64,000 nt of DNA from Batkoa obscura (Eukaryota): assembly GCA_030770535.1 (NCBI GenBank), contig JASVEC010000001.1, positions 2,170,001 to 2,234,000 on the forward strand, written 5' to 3'. Below the pieces are notes generated by a model. It was not told the origin of the DNA. It did not search any database and saw only the letters and a list, made by a program, of their open reading frames with translations. A program made the translations under genes and the position numbers. Every line of letters begins with the position of its first letter. Position 1 is the first letter of the stretch. Below are positions 12,494 through 23,328 of this stretch, in pieces.

Positions 12494-13375
12494 TTATTTA
12501 AGTAAATCACAAGTTAATTTAAATCTAGCTGCAGAATCTTTACAATTAAATTGTCTATTAATAATATATTCTTTAATATGATCCTTAATATTTTCTTTAG
12601 GTACACTATTAGGTATATTTTTTTTTAAATCTTGCCACATTCTTTTACAATTATTAACATGAATTGCTTTATTTTCAATATCAATAAACCCTTTACTATT
12701 ATCAAAATTTTTATGTTTATAACCTAATGTTTCAATGCCATCAAATCCTGACCAAGAAGTAGTAACAATTATACTTCCAGGTTCTATATTGTTAATTATA
12801 AATTCATGTAAAGCATCCAAATCATTAATGATAATTGTGTCACAGCAAACTTCTTTCGTTTCCCTACATAATCCAGCAAATATAAACGTTTTTTCTTCTT
12901 CTTTGTCATTATCACTTTTTTTATCTTTATAGAAATTAGACCTGTCTAATTCGACCATTAAATCTTTTCCACCTATTTTCTTATCTCTTAAACTATCAAA
13001 TTTCCTAACATAAGCTTTACGAAATTTATTATTCCAATTAATAATTACGTTCTTAGAAATATTCGTTTGAACTTGGGTTTCACTCACTTTAAATTTAAAA
13101 GCAAAGCAAGCTAACAATTGTAAAATTTGACCTATTTTTAGTTGCGAATTTTCAAAAATACTACCAGCTAAGACTGAAAACATTTTATTACATTGCTTAT
13201 TATTACATCGCATTAAGGAACTGATCCGTTCTTTATTTCGATTCTTGATTTTGGACATACTCGATTGACAATGGACACATTTATCTGGATATGGAGGTAT
13301 AAGTCCTAATTCTTTAGCTAATTCAAAGCTTGTTTCTTCTTTTGAGGTTTTGATACCAATATCAAATAAATTCAT
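12494..13375 (-). CDS. Merlin/IS1595(ISXO2)-like transposase-derived protein; intact ORF with mutated catalytic residues
   Basis: Zn-ribbon CVHC...CNNKQC, GSIFENSQL, HTH ending VIINW, IGGKDLMVELD, FAGLCRETK, NIEPGSIIVT, GYKH, HVNNCKRMWQDLKK. Confidence 0.88.
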   Translation of the reverse strand: MNLFDIGIKTSKEETSFELAKELGLIPPYPDKCVHCQSSMSKIKNRNKERISSLMRCNNKQCNKMFSVLAGSIFENSQLKIGQILQLLACFAFKFKVSETQVQTNISKNVIINWNNKFRKAYVRKFDSLRDKKIGGKDLMVELDRSNFYKDKKSDNDKEEEKTFIFAGLCRETKEVCCDTIIINDLDALHEFIINNIEPGSIIVTTSWSGFDGIETLGYKHKNFDNSKGFIDIENKAIHVNNCKRMWQDLKKNIPNSVPKENIKDHIKEYIINRQFNCKDSAARFKLTCDLLK

Positions 13376-13462
13376 TGTTAAAAGTGTAATAAAGAGTTGG
13401 AATCTATTTATTAATTTTTGATTTTTTTAGAATTGGAAATTAATTCGTCATTCCAACTTTAT

Positions 13463-13532
13463 TTTGACCCTATCAAAAGCTACCTTAACCGTTAGTTATT
13501 GGATTTAACCCTATCAGAAACTTACCTTAACC
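13463..13532. repeat. Pair of ~28-bp imperfect direct repeats upstream of the transposase-like ORF
   Basis: TTTGACCCTATCAAAAGCTACCTTAACC (13463-13490) and TTTAACCCTATCAGAAACTTACCTTAACC (13504-13532). Confidence 0.75.
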
Positions 13533-13699
13533 ACAGAAAATTTTTAATTTGTAATTATTAAAAGTTAACTTTAGTTGTCCAAAATTTCTTAATTTGAAAT
13601 AATATATTAAATAGAATTGCTAAGTATTAATATATTTATTTGTGATAATATTTATTTTCGATAATATTTATTTATTTAATAAAGATTAATTATTAGTTA

Positions 13700-14302
13700 T
13701 TAATTATTAATATTCTCCTCAATCCATTTCAAAAAATAGTATATTCTTGTAAATCCGGATGGAAACTGTTTATCTAAACATTTAACACTTTCAACAAAGC
13801 CCATAATACCAATGATAATATCCCCCACCAATAAAGGTCCCCCAGAATCCCCTTGGCAACCAGAAATTTTCTCTTCTTTATAACCAGCACATAATATTTT
13901 CTCTTTATTTAAATCTAGGCCATATGCTTTACTACATAAATCAATATTATAAATTGGAAGTGTCGCTTTTTTTAATTTCTTGGATAGTAATTCCAAATTA
14001 TTTGGATCCACTCGACCCCAACCAAGTAATGTAGTTTCAAGATTTTGTTTAAGTCCCAAATTCTTATTATCTAATTGATAGTATTTCTTTAATAAAATAG
14101 GTGAATTTAATTGAATAATACCAATATCATATAGTGGACTATTTGGTCGATATTGTTCATGGTACTTAAATCGGGATACTTCATGAATATCATAGATACC
14201 ATCGTTGTTAGTGCCTGTTGGCAATGGGGTAAAAGAAGTAGCTATTGGGGTTGGAATAGAGCTGATTATGTTGTCTGCAGATGGATTAGTAATAAAAATT
14301 TG

Positions 14303-14339
<37 letters not shown>

Positions 14340-15163
14340 ATAGTAGTAATAGTAGTAGTAGTAGTAGTAGTAGAAGTTTTTTTAGTTTTATGATCTTTTT
14401 TTGATGCTTCTTTACTTTTAGATGCTTCTTTACTTTTAGATGCTTCTTTACTTTTAGATGCTTCTTTATTCTTAGAAGCTTCCGAATCTTTATCACCAGA
14501 TCGAAGTTGTTTGGCTTTGTTCCTTTTCTTTTCCTTTTTAGATTCTTCTTCTTCTTCTTCCTCTTCCTTCTTCTTTTTATTATTCTTCTTGTGATCTTTA
14601 TTGTCGTTATCATCCTCATCATCCTTATCTTTTTTATGTTCATCTTCATCATCCTCGTTTTCGTCATCTTTGTTTTTATCCTTCTTCTTTTTATCCTTCT
14701 TCTTTTTATCGTCTTTATCTTTTTCATGTTTATCTTCTTCCTCTTCTTCCTCTTCTTCCTCGTCGTCTTTATTTTTATCCTTCTTTTTTTTATCGTCTTT
14801 ATCTTTCTTGTGCTTATCGTCGTCGTCATCCTTCTCATCCTCCTCCTTATCCTTTTTATGTTCCTTGTCCTCTTCCTCTTCCTCGTCCTCATCACGCCTT
14901 CTGCTCAGTTTATTTTGATGTAAAGAATAAATCTCTAGTTTTCCAGTAATATTAAATATACAATGAGCTGCAGTAAGAATTACGGATTCATTAATTAAAG
15001 CACCACCGCAAGTATGACTTCCATCAACTCTTATTGATACCATAGGGGAATATTCATTCCATTTGGTTTCTTCTCCACCTATAATTCGAGTTTCGATTTT
15101 TTCTGAATAAAAGATGGGAATGAGAATGGTTGTAAAGGTTAGAAATAGGACAAACAGGTTCAT
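13700..15163 (-). CDS. Secreted S1 serine protease with a ~240-aa charged/Thr-rich insertion inside the catalytic domain
   Basis: Signal peptide, R|IIGG, LTAAHC, then D/E/K tract, KEASKS repeats and poly-Thr, then YDIGII and CQGDSGGP; Ser189 (ISGC). Confidence 0.93.
14306..14490. repeat. (AGT)n microsatellite (poly-Thr) and 18-bp tandem repeat (KEASKS-like x4-5) within the protease insertion
   Basis: agtagtagt... 14306-14372; repeated gatgcttctttactttta ~14403-14480. Confidence 0.9.
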
Positions 15164-15850
15164 TGGAGCTGGTTGTGATTGCTAATCAATAGCTGTGTGA
15201 CTTTAAAATTATTTGTAAAGTTTGAATGAAGGAGCTTTTATATTATTGAGTAGAACTAATGAACAAATTATTAATTTAGTAGTTCCATTCTTTATCAAGA
15301 TTACTAAATTTATAATGGATTTTTTATATTTAGTTGCTTTACTTTTATTACTAAATTTCATTTAATATAGTTCTAGTTATTACATGTAAGTTTGTAAGTA
15401 TTATATACTTTATAAATGGATAACTAATAGCTTAATAGAGATAGAAGGGAGAGTTATAAATGTATATAACATTAACAAGAGCTCATCATGAATAGAATCC
15501 TAAAATCAAAGTAGTTTACTTTTGTATTAAAAATAGTGTTAATAGTAGATTTAATTTTAGTATAAAACAAGGTTCTAATATGGAAACTATTAATTATGAA
15601 TTTACTATTTTAATTTTTAATTTTGATACTTTAATTAATTGAAGTATTCAAAGTGGGATGTTTCAATTACAAATATACTAATTTGGTCATATATTTATTG
15701 AATTGTGAAATGTTACCAAGTTGTTTTGAAAAGCGATACTATCCTTTTGATAGTTAATTCTTAAATGTTATAATAATGCTATCCAATCAATCAAGCATAT
15801 TGAACATAACAACTGAAATATAATAAAGTTTTATTCTTATTTACTAAATA

Positions 15851-17058
15851 ATATACTTAAATAAAAGTTCTTCTTCCAATAATCGATTTCCAGTTCTTTG
15901 CTTTCTCAAACCCATTTTTATTAAACTGGTAATCCAAAAAAGCATTATTAATACCTTCTTGATCATTCATAACGAAAGGACCATATTGTTTAATAGGCTC
16001 ATTAATAGGTTTACCAGCAATCAAAACAAAATGAACCTTTTCATTATGACTATTAATTAAGATTTGACTAACTTCATCCCCACCTTCTTTATCAAATACT
16101 ACTATTGTATGAGGTAAAACTAATTTCCCATTTTGTGCAACTTCCACTTGGCCTTTAATAGTATAAATAAATGCACTATTAAATCCAGCTGGTAAGATTT
16201 GATAAGCTGATTTATTTGCTTCCATTTTAAAATCCATCATATAAACTGAATTACTGGCTTTAATAGATGACTGAGTTCCATAAGCCTCACCAGCAATTAC
16301 TTTAATCTCCACTCCTACTTCTGGTATTACTCTAGGTATTTCATTATCTTTGAAATCCTGATATCTAGGTTCACACATTTTTTCTTTTTTTGGTAAATTA
16401 ATCCATAGTTGTAAACCAGTGACTGGTCCTTTAGTTTGTGGTAATGGCATTTCTGCATGAACTATTCCTTTTCCTGCAGTCATCCATTGTAAGTCACCTG
16501 GTCCAATGATACCTTGGTTTCCAATAAAGTCTTCATGTTGATTAGTTCCAGTGAATATATAGGAGACAGTTTCAAATCCTCGATGTGGATGATCGGGGAA
16601 GCCTCCTGGACATTGTATATGGAATTCATCTAACATTAAGAAGGGATCAAGATTTCTTAATCTAGAAGTACCGATGCTACGTCGTACTCTGCCACCTACA
16701 CCTTCTGATTGTTCAATCGATACTATTTGTTGAACTACTTTACGTAAAATTAAGTTGAGTTTTCTATTACTCATTTTTTACTTTAAAACTGTTTTTAATT
16801 GAATATAACTATTTTAAAAGTGACTTTTTTAATGTTATTTATACTTATAGATTTTTATTTCTGATTATGTAAAAATTGGAATTTTGAATTGATTTAATTA
16901 TTTAAGTCAGTAATATTTTATTGTTTTTTAAGCTGATTTGTAAGTTTTAAAGTATTTCTAAACTTGGGCTATTGCTTTATTTGCTTTAAAGTGTTAATAT
17001 TATAAATCCACATTTTACTATTAAATGGTATATAGTAACTTTAGTGTCTTTTGTTTTT
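15851..17058 (-). repeat. 1208-bp inverted segmental duplication, arm 2
   Basis: Reverse complement of 6267-7474. Confidence 0.97.
15857..16774 (-). CDS. Pirin, copy 2 (protein identical to copy 1)
   Basis: Identical 305-aa translation in the ORF track. Confidence 0.96.
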   Translation of the reverse strand: MSNRKLNLILRKVVQQIVSIEQSEGVGGRVRRSIGTSRLRNLDPFLMLDEFHIQCPGGFPDHPHRGFETVSYIFTGTNQHEDFIGNQGIIGPGDLQWMTAGKGIVHAEMPLPQTKGPVTGLQLWINLPKKEKMCEPRYQDFKDNEIPRVIPEVGVEIKVIAGEAYGTQSSIKASNSVYMMDFKMEANKSAYQILPAGFNSAFIYTIKGQVEVAQNGKLVLPHTIVVFDKEGGDEVSQILINSHNEKVHFVLIAGKPINEPIKQYGPFVMNDQEGINNAFLDYQFNKNGFEKAKNWKSIIGRRTFI

Positions 17059-17564
17059 AAATGACACAGGATTAGAAATACTTTGTAAACATAATAAAAT
17101 TTATATTAGAATTTTTTATTTTAGTTCAATTATAAATGAAAGGTAATAAAACTTTATTAAAAATTAAGATAATAAATGATAAAAATTCCATAAACTAAAA
17201 TGTGATATCTCATTACATATTAAAAATAGTAACAAAACATAGTATTATTGATAAGATTAATTATTTATACTGATTATTATCCGAATATTGAATATAGTCT
17301 TACGAATGTACTGTTCCATCTAAAGCAATAAGCTCACAAGTAATATTTTATATAATAAAAAACAGTTATGTTTAAGATCTAAGATTCGAGTTTAAAGTTT
17401 AGTTTAATATTTAGTTAATTATAGCTTAATATTAAATCTTAATAGCCTATTTTTCAAAATAAAATATATCAAATTCTTTTCGAATTATTTCATCCAATGA
17501 AGTATCAATTAATTTTATATCACTTTGAACTTTTCTTTATCTCACTTTTTTCTTTTTAATCATC

Positions 17565-18566
17565 ATGGATCATCGAGAAATCACATCAGCGTTTCCATAT
17601 CCCCCACATTATTATAAACAATATACTACAAAAAAATATGAAAAATTAAAAAAGATAACAAATTCAAATGAAGAAAATTCAAAAAAAATCGAAATACCAG
17701 ACAATCTTGAAAGTTTATTACCACCCAGTTTACCCAAAGGTAATAGTTATAAATTATTTAATGAAGTTTGGGATGTAAGTTAAAATTTGTATTATTATTT
17801 ATATTTAATAACAGAAACTAATAATATTTATAAAAGTTAAATGAAAAAATTCCTCCAATTAGAGAGATGGGGCTAACTCAATTATATGACGAAGCAAAAG
17901 GTAATTTAGTAACTAATTTCTTTTATCCTTTTCATTAAAGCTAACTTTACATTTAGATCCAAAGTTGGAATTAAAGCGGTTAAATCATTATACATTGAAA
18001 CAATTTCAACATGCAGTTAAAAGCCTATCACAACAAAAATTAAGTGATAATGGGATTGAAAAAGTAGTCAATAATTTACATCTAACATTTATCAATATGC
18101 ATCATTTGATTAATCAAAATCGACCTTTGGAAGCGATGGAAACATTGAAGGAAATGTATGTGGATAGAACAAAAAGGTTTCGAGAATCAAAAGAGTTTAT
18201 TGAAAAGTAAGTAATTTTCAATGTTAAAGAAGGAGATTTAGTTGATTTTTTTAATAGTGAAAAAAAGAAAGTATTAAAAAATATTGGAAGTATTTCTAGT
18301 TTTGTGGAGGTAAATTATCGTTTTTATTAGTTATTAACATGCAAGGATAGTAATTTTTTTGTTACTTTTAGAAAAAAAGAAGACCTTTCCAATATTTGAT
18401 TGAGAATAATCAAACGAATCAACAAGAGACATCAACCCCAAATAAGAAATCAGAGATCGTATCTTTAATTAAAGATTTAAAACCAATTGATCAAGATTTA
18501 CCTCCACTTTCTCAATTAACTGTAAAAAGAGAAGTAACGAAATTGGAGACAAAAGATGTTAATTAA
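17565..18566 (+). CDS. MED7: Mediator subunit Med7, multi-exon; 3' end approximate
   Basis: SAFPYPPHYYKQYT, LLPP, YKLFNEVW, ELKRLNH, FINMHHLINQNRPLEAMETL. Confidence 0.88.
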
Positions 18567-18826
18567 GTACTCATTATTATTTAATGTAATTGAAATTTTT
18601 CTATTAGATTTGGTTTATTTAAAGGAAATAAATATTATTATTACTGTCTACTTTGAATTTTTTGTAGAAATTAAAACTCTTTTTTTAACTAAATACGATA
18701 AAAAGGTGTACATTAAATAAATATTTTTAAAAAGAATTATTACTACTTTATTAAGTTTAAAATTTATATACTAAAATATGAATGTATATTCCAAAACGAT
18801 AACATGATTTTAACTACATAGCTTAA

Positions 18827-20338
18827 TCACATACCAAAATGACAAGTGTTCCCAATATAAAGACAAACAGGAGGTTCAATGTTCTTTTCTTTTACCGTAA
18901 TTCCCAGTTTATCCAATGTGGTTCTAATAACTCTTTCATTAGGTAATGAATAAGCTTCAATAAAAGTACAAGGGGTTGTTGATGGATATTCTAAATTCAA
19001 TAATTGATTTTGAATTTCATTAGCTTTCCCTACTGCCATCAATAAAATCAATGTTCTCTTTTCATAATAATTTGGTAATGATGGCATAATACCTCCTTGA
19101 ATATTACCTGTACTTATAAAAACTTGATCAGATTGACCGCGATGAGTAATAGGTAATAAAGCAGCCGATGGGGCACCTAAAGCTGATGATATACCTGGTA
19201 TGACTTTTGGTTCATATCCATTATGACGATAATACTCAATCTCTTCCCCTGCTCTACCATATAAAAAGGGATCTCCTACTTTAAGTCGAATTACTTTTTT
19301 ACCCTCTTTTAAGCCTTTTAAACACCATTCATTTAATTCATCTTGTACTCCGTCCGATTTTCCTATTATCTTTGGAGACGCTACTTTGACATCTGCAGTT
19401 TTATTTAAGGATATTATTTCTTGACTTACTAATCTATCTGCAACAATTAGATCGGCTGATTGTATAGCTTTGTAGGCTGCCATAGTAAGTAAATCTGGAT
19501 CCCCTGGGCCTGCTCCAACCAACTGAATAGCACCCTTTGTTATTTTATCTTTTGTGGATAAATCATCCATTTCATTTATTATTTCATTTATTTTATCATC
19601 CTCAGCTACTTTTGCTTCATGTTTTTCATTTGATTGAAGCTGTTCAAATGACACTGTTTCATTTTTATCATAAAATTCTAATAATTTATTAGCTACTTCA
19701 TGATTAATAAAAGTGAGTTCTTGCAAAGACCAAGAATCAACAATTTTAATTAGCCAACTCATTCTTTTTGATGATGATGAAGCAGGCGGATCATGTTTTC
19801 TAATGGCAGCTCTTAAAATTGAAAATTGTTCAATAGCTTTACCTGCATTTTTTGGTATAGCATTAGCTATTTTTTGTCGAATAGCTCGAGCAATTCTAGG
19901 CCCTTTACCATTGGATGATACAGCTACCTGCAATGGTCCATCCCTATGAATGGACATAAACCAAAAATCGCATTGTTCAATGATATCAGCTACATTGACA
20001 GGGATACGTTTTTGTTTACATAATTGATAAATTTTATCCGCTTCGGGTACTTGATCTGCTAACACCATCACTACATCATCATCTAAATCACTTTCAACAA
20101 ATCGTCGATTTTCCCAATGGATTTGTTGAGTTTCAATTCGATATTTTAGTTCAGGGCAGAGCTCATGTTCTTCACTTATTAATGTTATTAAGGCATCTGC
20201 TTGTAAGGCATGCACCACTCGACTGGCTGCAACAAATCCACCACCTATAATTAATACTTTTTTTTGCTTGACTCGATAGGCTAAAATTATGGATACCCCA
20301 CCTTCTAAAGGAGCATACTCTTTACTTTCTTGTGGCAT
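18827..20338 (-). CDS. MET1: Siroheme synthase-type protein (N-terminal precorrin-2 dehydrogenase/chelatase-like region + uroporphyrinogen-III C-methyltransferase), intronless
   Basis: VLIIGGGFVA, PVNVADI..CDFWF, LQVAVSSNGKGPR; LVGAGPGDPDLLT, RLKVGDPFLYGRAGEE, VIPGISSA, PITHRG. Confidence 0.93.
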   Translation of the reverse strand: MPQESKEYAPLEGGVSIILAYRVKQKKVLIIGGGFVAASRVVHALQADALITLISEEHELCPELKYRIETQQIHWENRRFVESDLDDDVVMVLADQVPEADKIYQLCKQKRIPVNVADIIEQCDFWFMSIHRDGPLQVAVSSNGKGPRIARAIRQKIANAIPKNAGKAIEQFSILRAAIRKHDPPASSSSKRMSWLIKIVDSWSLQELTFINHEVANKLLEFYDKNETVSFEQLQSNEKHEAKVAEDDKINEIINEMDDLSTKDKITKGAIQLVGAGPGDPDLLTMAAYKAIQSADLIVADRLVSQEIISLNKTADVKVASPKIIGKSDGVQDELNEWCLKGLKEGKKVIRLKVGDPFLYGRAGEEIEYYRHNGYEPKVIPGISSALGAPSAALLPITHRGQSDQVFISTGNIQGGIMPSLPNYYEKRTLILLMAVGKANEIQNQLLNLEYPSTTPCTFIEAYSLPNERVIRTTLDKLGITVKEKNIEPPVCLYIGNTCHFGM

Positions 20339-20739
20339 TTTCTTACCTTTGTTCTCGTAAAGTTAGATTTGATGAGACTATTTATACTTTTGGTTATTTA
20401 CCATTTCGAGTTGAAATGTCGTAATTAGGGAGATTATGATCAAATTTTAAGTTGGAATTGATAATTGAATAGAAATGTTGAATTCTATTAATAATTCAAA
20501 TTTATAGTAATAAATGTGTCTTTATTTTATAGAAAATACTTAAGAATGTTTAAAAATATTTTAATTGAGGGTAAATATATTCTATTTTATTAAATCCATG
20601 TAAGAAAAAGTACTATTTATTAACATAAAAAAAGAGAATCAGTAAAGAGTATTAATAGCCTTTAACTTATCAAAACAAAGTCTCTATAAAATAACCAAGT
20701 TGTAAAAAAAGTGGAAGGAAGAAGGTAAAGTAGATTGAA

Positions 20740-22470
20740 TTATTCCAATTTAATTTGTCTAGTTTTTGGGGCTAAAATTTTGATTTTATGATTACTTAAT
20801 TGTTCCTTCTGAAATATTTTTTTGTTATTTTTTTTCTCTTGTCTTCTTTCTTTTTTCTCTAATTTAATTTGCTGTTTTCTTAATTTCTTATCTTCTTTAC
20901 TTTCATTTCTATCTCTTGGTATTTCAGTATGGACTATTCAATTTATTATTATTATTATTATTAATTAATTAGTTAATTTTACCTTTTTGTTTATCATCTT
21001 CACTTTCTTCTTCACTTTCTTCTTCTTCTTCTTCTTCTTCTGTTATCTTTAATTTATTTTGAAATTGTTCTGATAATTTATCCATCTTCAATCTAGGGAA
21101 GCCACGAGAATTGAGACTAATTTGACCTTTAGTAACTTTAGGCTCTACGATCATAGCTGGACGATTATAGATATTAGAATAAGTTGATAATACTGATTGA
21201 CAATCCCAATTATTAATAATTTTTTCATCAACTTGTACATTTTTAACCAAATCATTTTCCACTTCTTCTTTAATTTCAGGTTGAATTAAACTTTGTCTTA
21301 AATGGTTGAATTTTTCAACTCCAGTTTCACCTTCCATTTTAATCGTCATTTTTTTACCAACAACTTCATAATTTTCTAAAAATTCATCCATTATGTCCAT
21401 AAAATCCTCTCGCATTTCAACTAATTTTGGCATTTCTTCTTCATCTTCTTCATCCTCATCTTCTTCATATTCTTCTTCAATACGTTCAAATTGATCATCT
21501 AAAAGAGTCAATTTTTCATTACGAAACATAACCGAAGAAGTCATAGAATATTTGGATGCTGAAGTACGACGATCAAGCCCACTTAGTTTTTTATTTTTAA
21601 TATTTCCTTCTTCTTCATCATCACTTTCATTTTTATTTTTATTTTTCATAAAATGTTTAAAATGTTCTTCCCATCCAGCTTCAGGATCTAATTCTTCTTC
21701 TTCTTCCTGTATGTATTCTCCTTCAGATCCATCTAGTTCATCAAAGAAATCCTCTTCTAAATTATCATCTACATAGGCATCGTCTTCTAATGCATCTAAA
21801 GCATCAAGTACATCAGGATCCATACCATAATGGTAATCTGAAGGTATACTGGGTTGATTCATAATACCAACATCTGTTTTATACTCAGAAGGTAATGCTT
21901 CTTCTGGTAATAAAAAGCTAACACTTTTTTTTGTCTTTTAATTTTTGATTGACATTTATTAGTTTCTCTTGTTTGTTCTTTATATAACTAAAAACTTACC
22001 TTTTCCTTTTCTTCTTTCTTGCCACTAATAAATACACCATCACTGGATTGTCCAATAGGCTTTAAATGCTGAGTATAATCATAATCATCATTGAAGAAGA
22101 TACCAAATTGAGCTGACTTAATACGGTTACTTTTAATATTTTATTAATAAAGCTATTTGACTAACTAAAAAATAAAACTCACTTTTCATTATCAGCTTTA
22201 ATAAGCTCTTCAAATTCAGTGTCACCGGGTTTTAAACTTTTATTTAATCCACTTTTGTTCTTTTTACTATGCTTTATTAAGATTTAGTTACAATGATATA
22301 ATGGTTGTATATTCTAAAAATAAGCTTACTTTTAAGTTAGCGGATTGTAAAGTAGGCAATAAAACATAATCGGAAGCTTCGCCATCAGCAACTAAAGGAT
22401 CGTGTTGAGATCGATGTACCACATTGAAATGAGTGGCTTCTTTTTTATTGATAAAGGTCTTTTTTACCAT
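20740..22470 (-). CDS. LTV1: 40S ribosome biogenesis factor Ltv1, multi-exon
   Basis: FINKKEATHFNVVHRSQHDPL, GIFFNDDYDYTQHLKPIG, YSMTSSVMFRNEKLTLLDDQFE, WDCQSVLSTYSNIYNRP. Confidence 0.93.
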
Positions 22471-22730
22471 CTTATGATTTTTTCTCAAGTTAAGTTTGAT
22501 ATTTTAAAAAAATAATAAATCAAATTTCGAATTAAAAATAAAAAACTAATTTTGGGGTTGAACTTCTACTTTTAGATCCGATGAATTGATTGGTTTGATA
22601 TAATGAAGTCCAATTAAAAATGGTCACTTTTAATAGATAAATATTATTGGTTGGAGGTTATAGTTAGTCATGAGTTAACTAAAAATTAAATTCAAAATTC
22701 AAAAAAAAATAAAATCAATTTTATTTATTA

Positions 22731-23328
22731 ATGGCTGATTATACAAATAAAAAGTAAAATATATACGTAATTTAATTTATAACATAAAGGCTTATTGTTT
22801 GTTGACAAAGGGATAGTGCAAAACAGTCTAATTTCGGTGTCAAATCAAGTTCTACATCGAATCAACTTTATAACAATAGAAATACAAAACCAAGATACCC
22901 AACAAATCAAAATGAATATACCGAGCAAGGAAGTGGTGTATATAATAGGGATGAAGGATATAATAGATTGACACAAAAAGTGTCATTATTAAAACAGGTA
23001 ATTTTAACTTTATACTAGATTATTCTAGCTTTGAGACTTATATTTTTTAATTAAAGATCTCATTGGATATGGGAGAAGAAATTATTGAAGGAAATAAAGA
23101 TTTAGGTGGGATGGTAAGCCAATTTATATGAATATTCTAAAACTAGTATTAATCATAAAAAAATCATATTATTAGCATGAAGACTTAAGTGAAACTGGCG
23201 AAAAATTAAAGCGAACGATGGAAAAGTTCAGTAAAATGGCTAAAGAACAATTTAAAGGTGGAGGTATTTACCTTTGGATTGTGTTGTTTATTTTATTCAT
23301 TTTATTTTTAATGATTATTTTTCGTTAA
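22731..23328 (+). CDS. BET1: Qc-SNARE Bet1-like, 4 exons
   Basis: DEGYNRLTQKVSLLKQ|ISLDMGEEIIEGNKDLGGM|HEDLSETGEKLKRTMEKFSKMAKEQ + C-terminal TM IYLWIVLFILFILFLMIIFR*. Confidence 0.82.

Noticed and set aside
14153..14923. Overlapping alternate-frame and antisense ORFs (83-209 aa)
   Set aside because: By-products of low-complexity repeats inside the protease gene
6267..17058. Active composite transposon with pirin arms as giant TIRs
   Set aside because: No TSD outside the arms, the internal transposase lacks catalytic residues, and the cargo includes an intron-containing housekeeping gene (BST1); kept only as an inverted duplication
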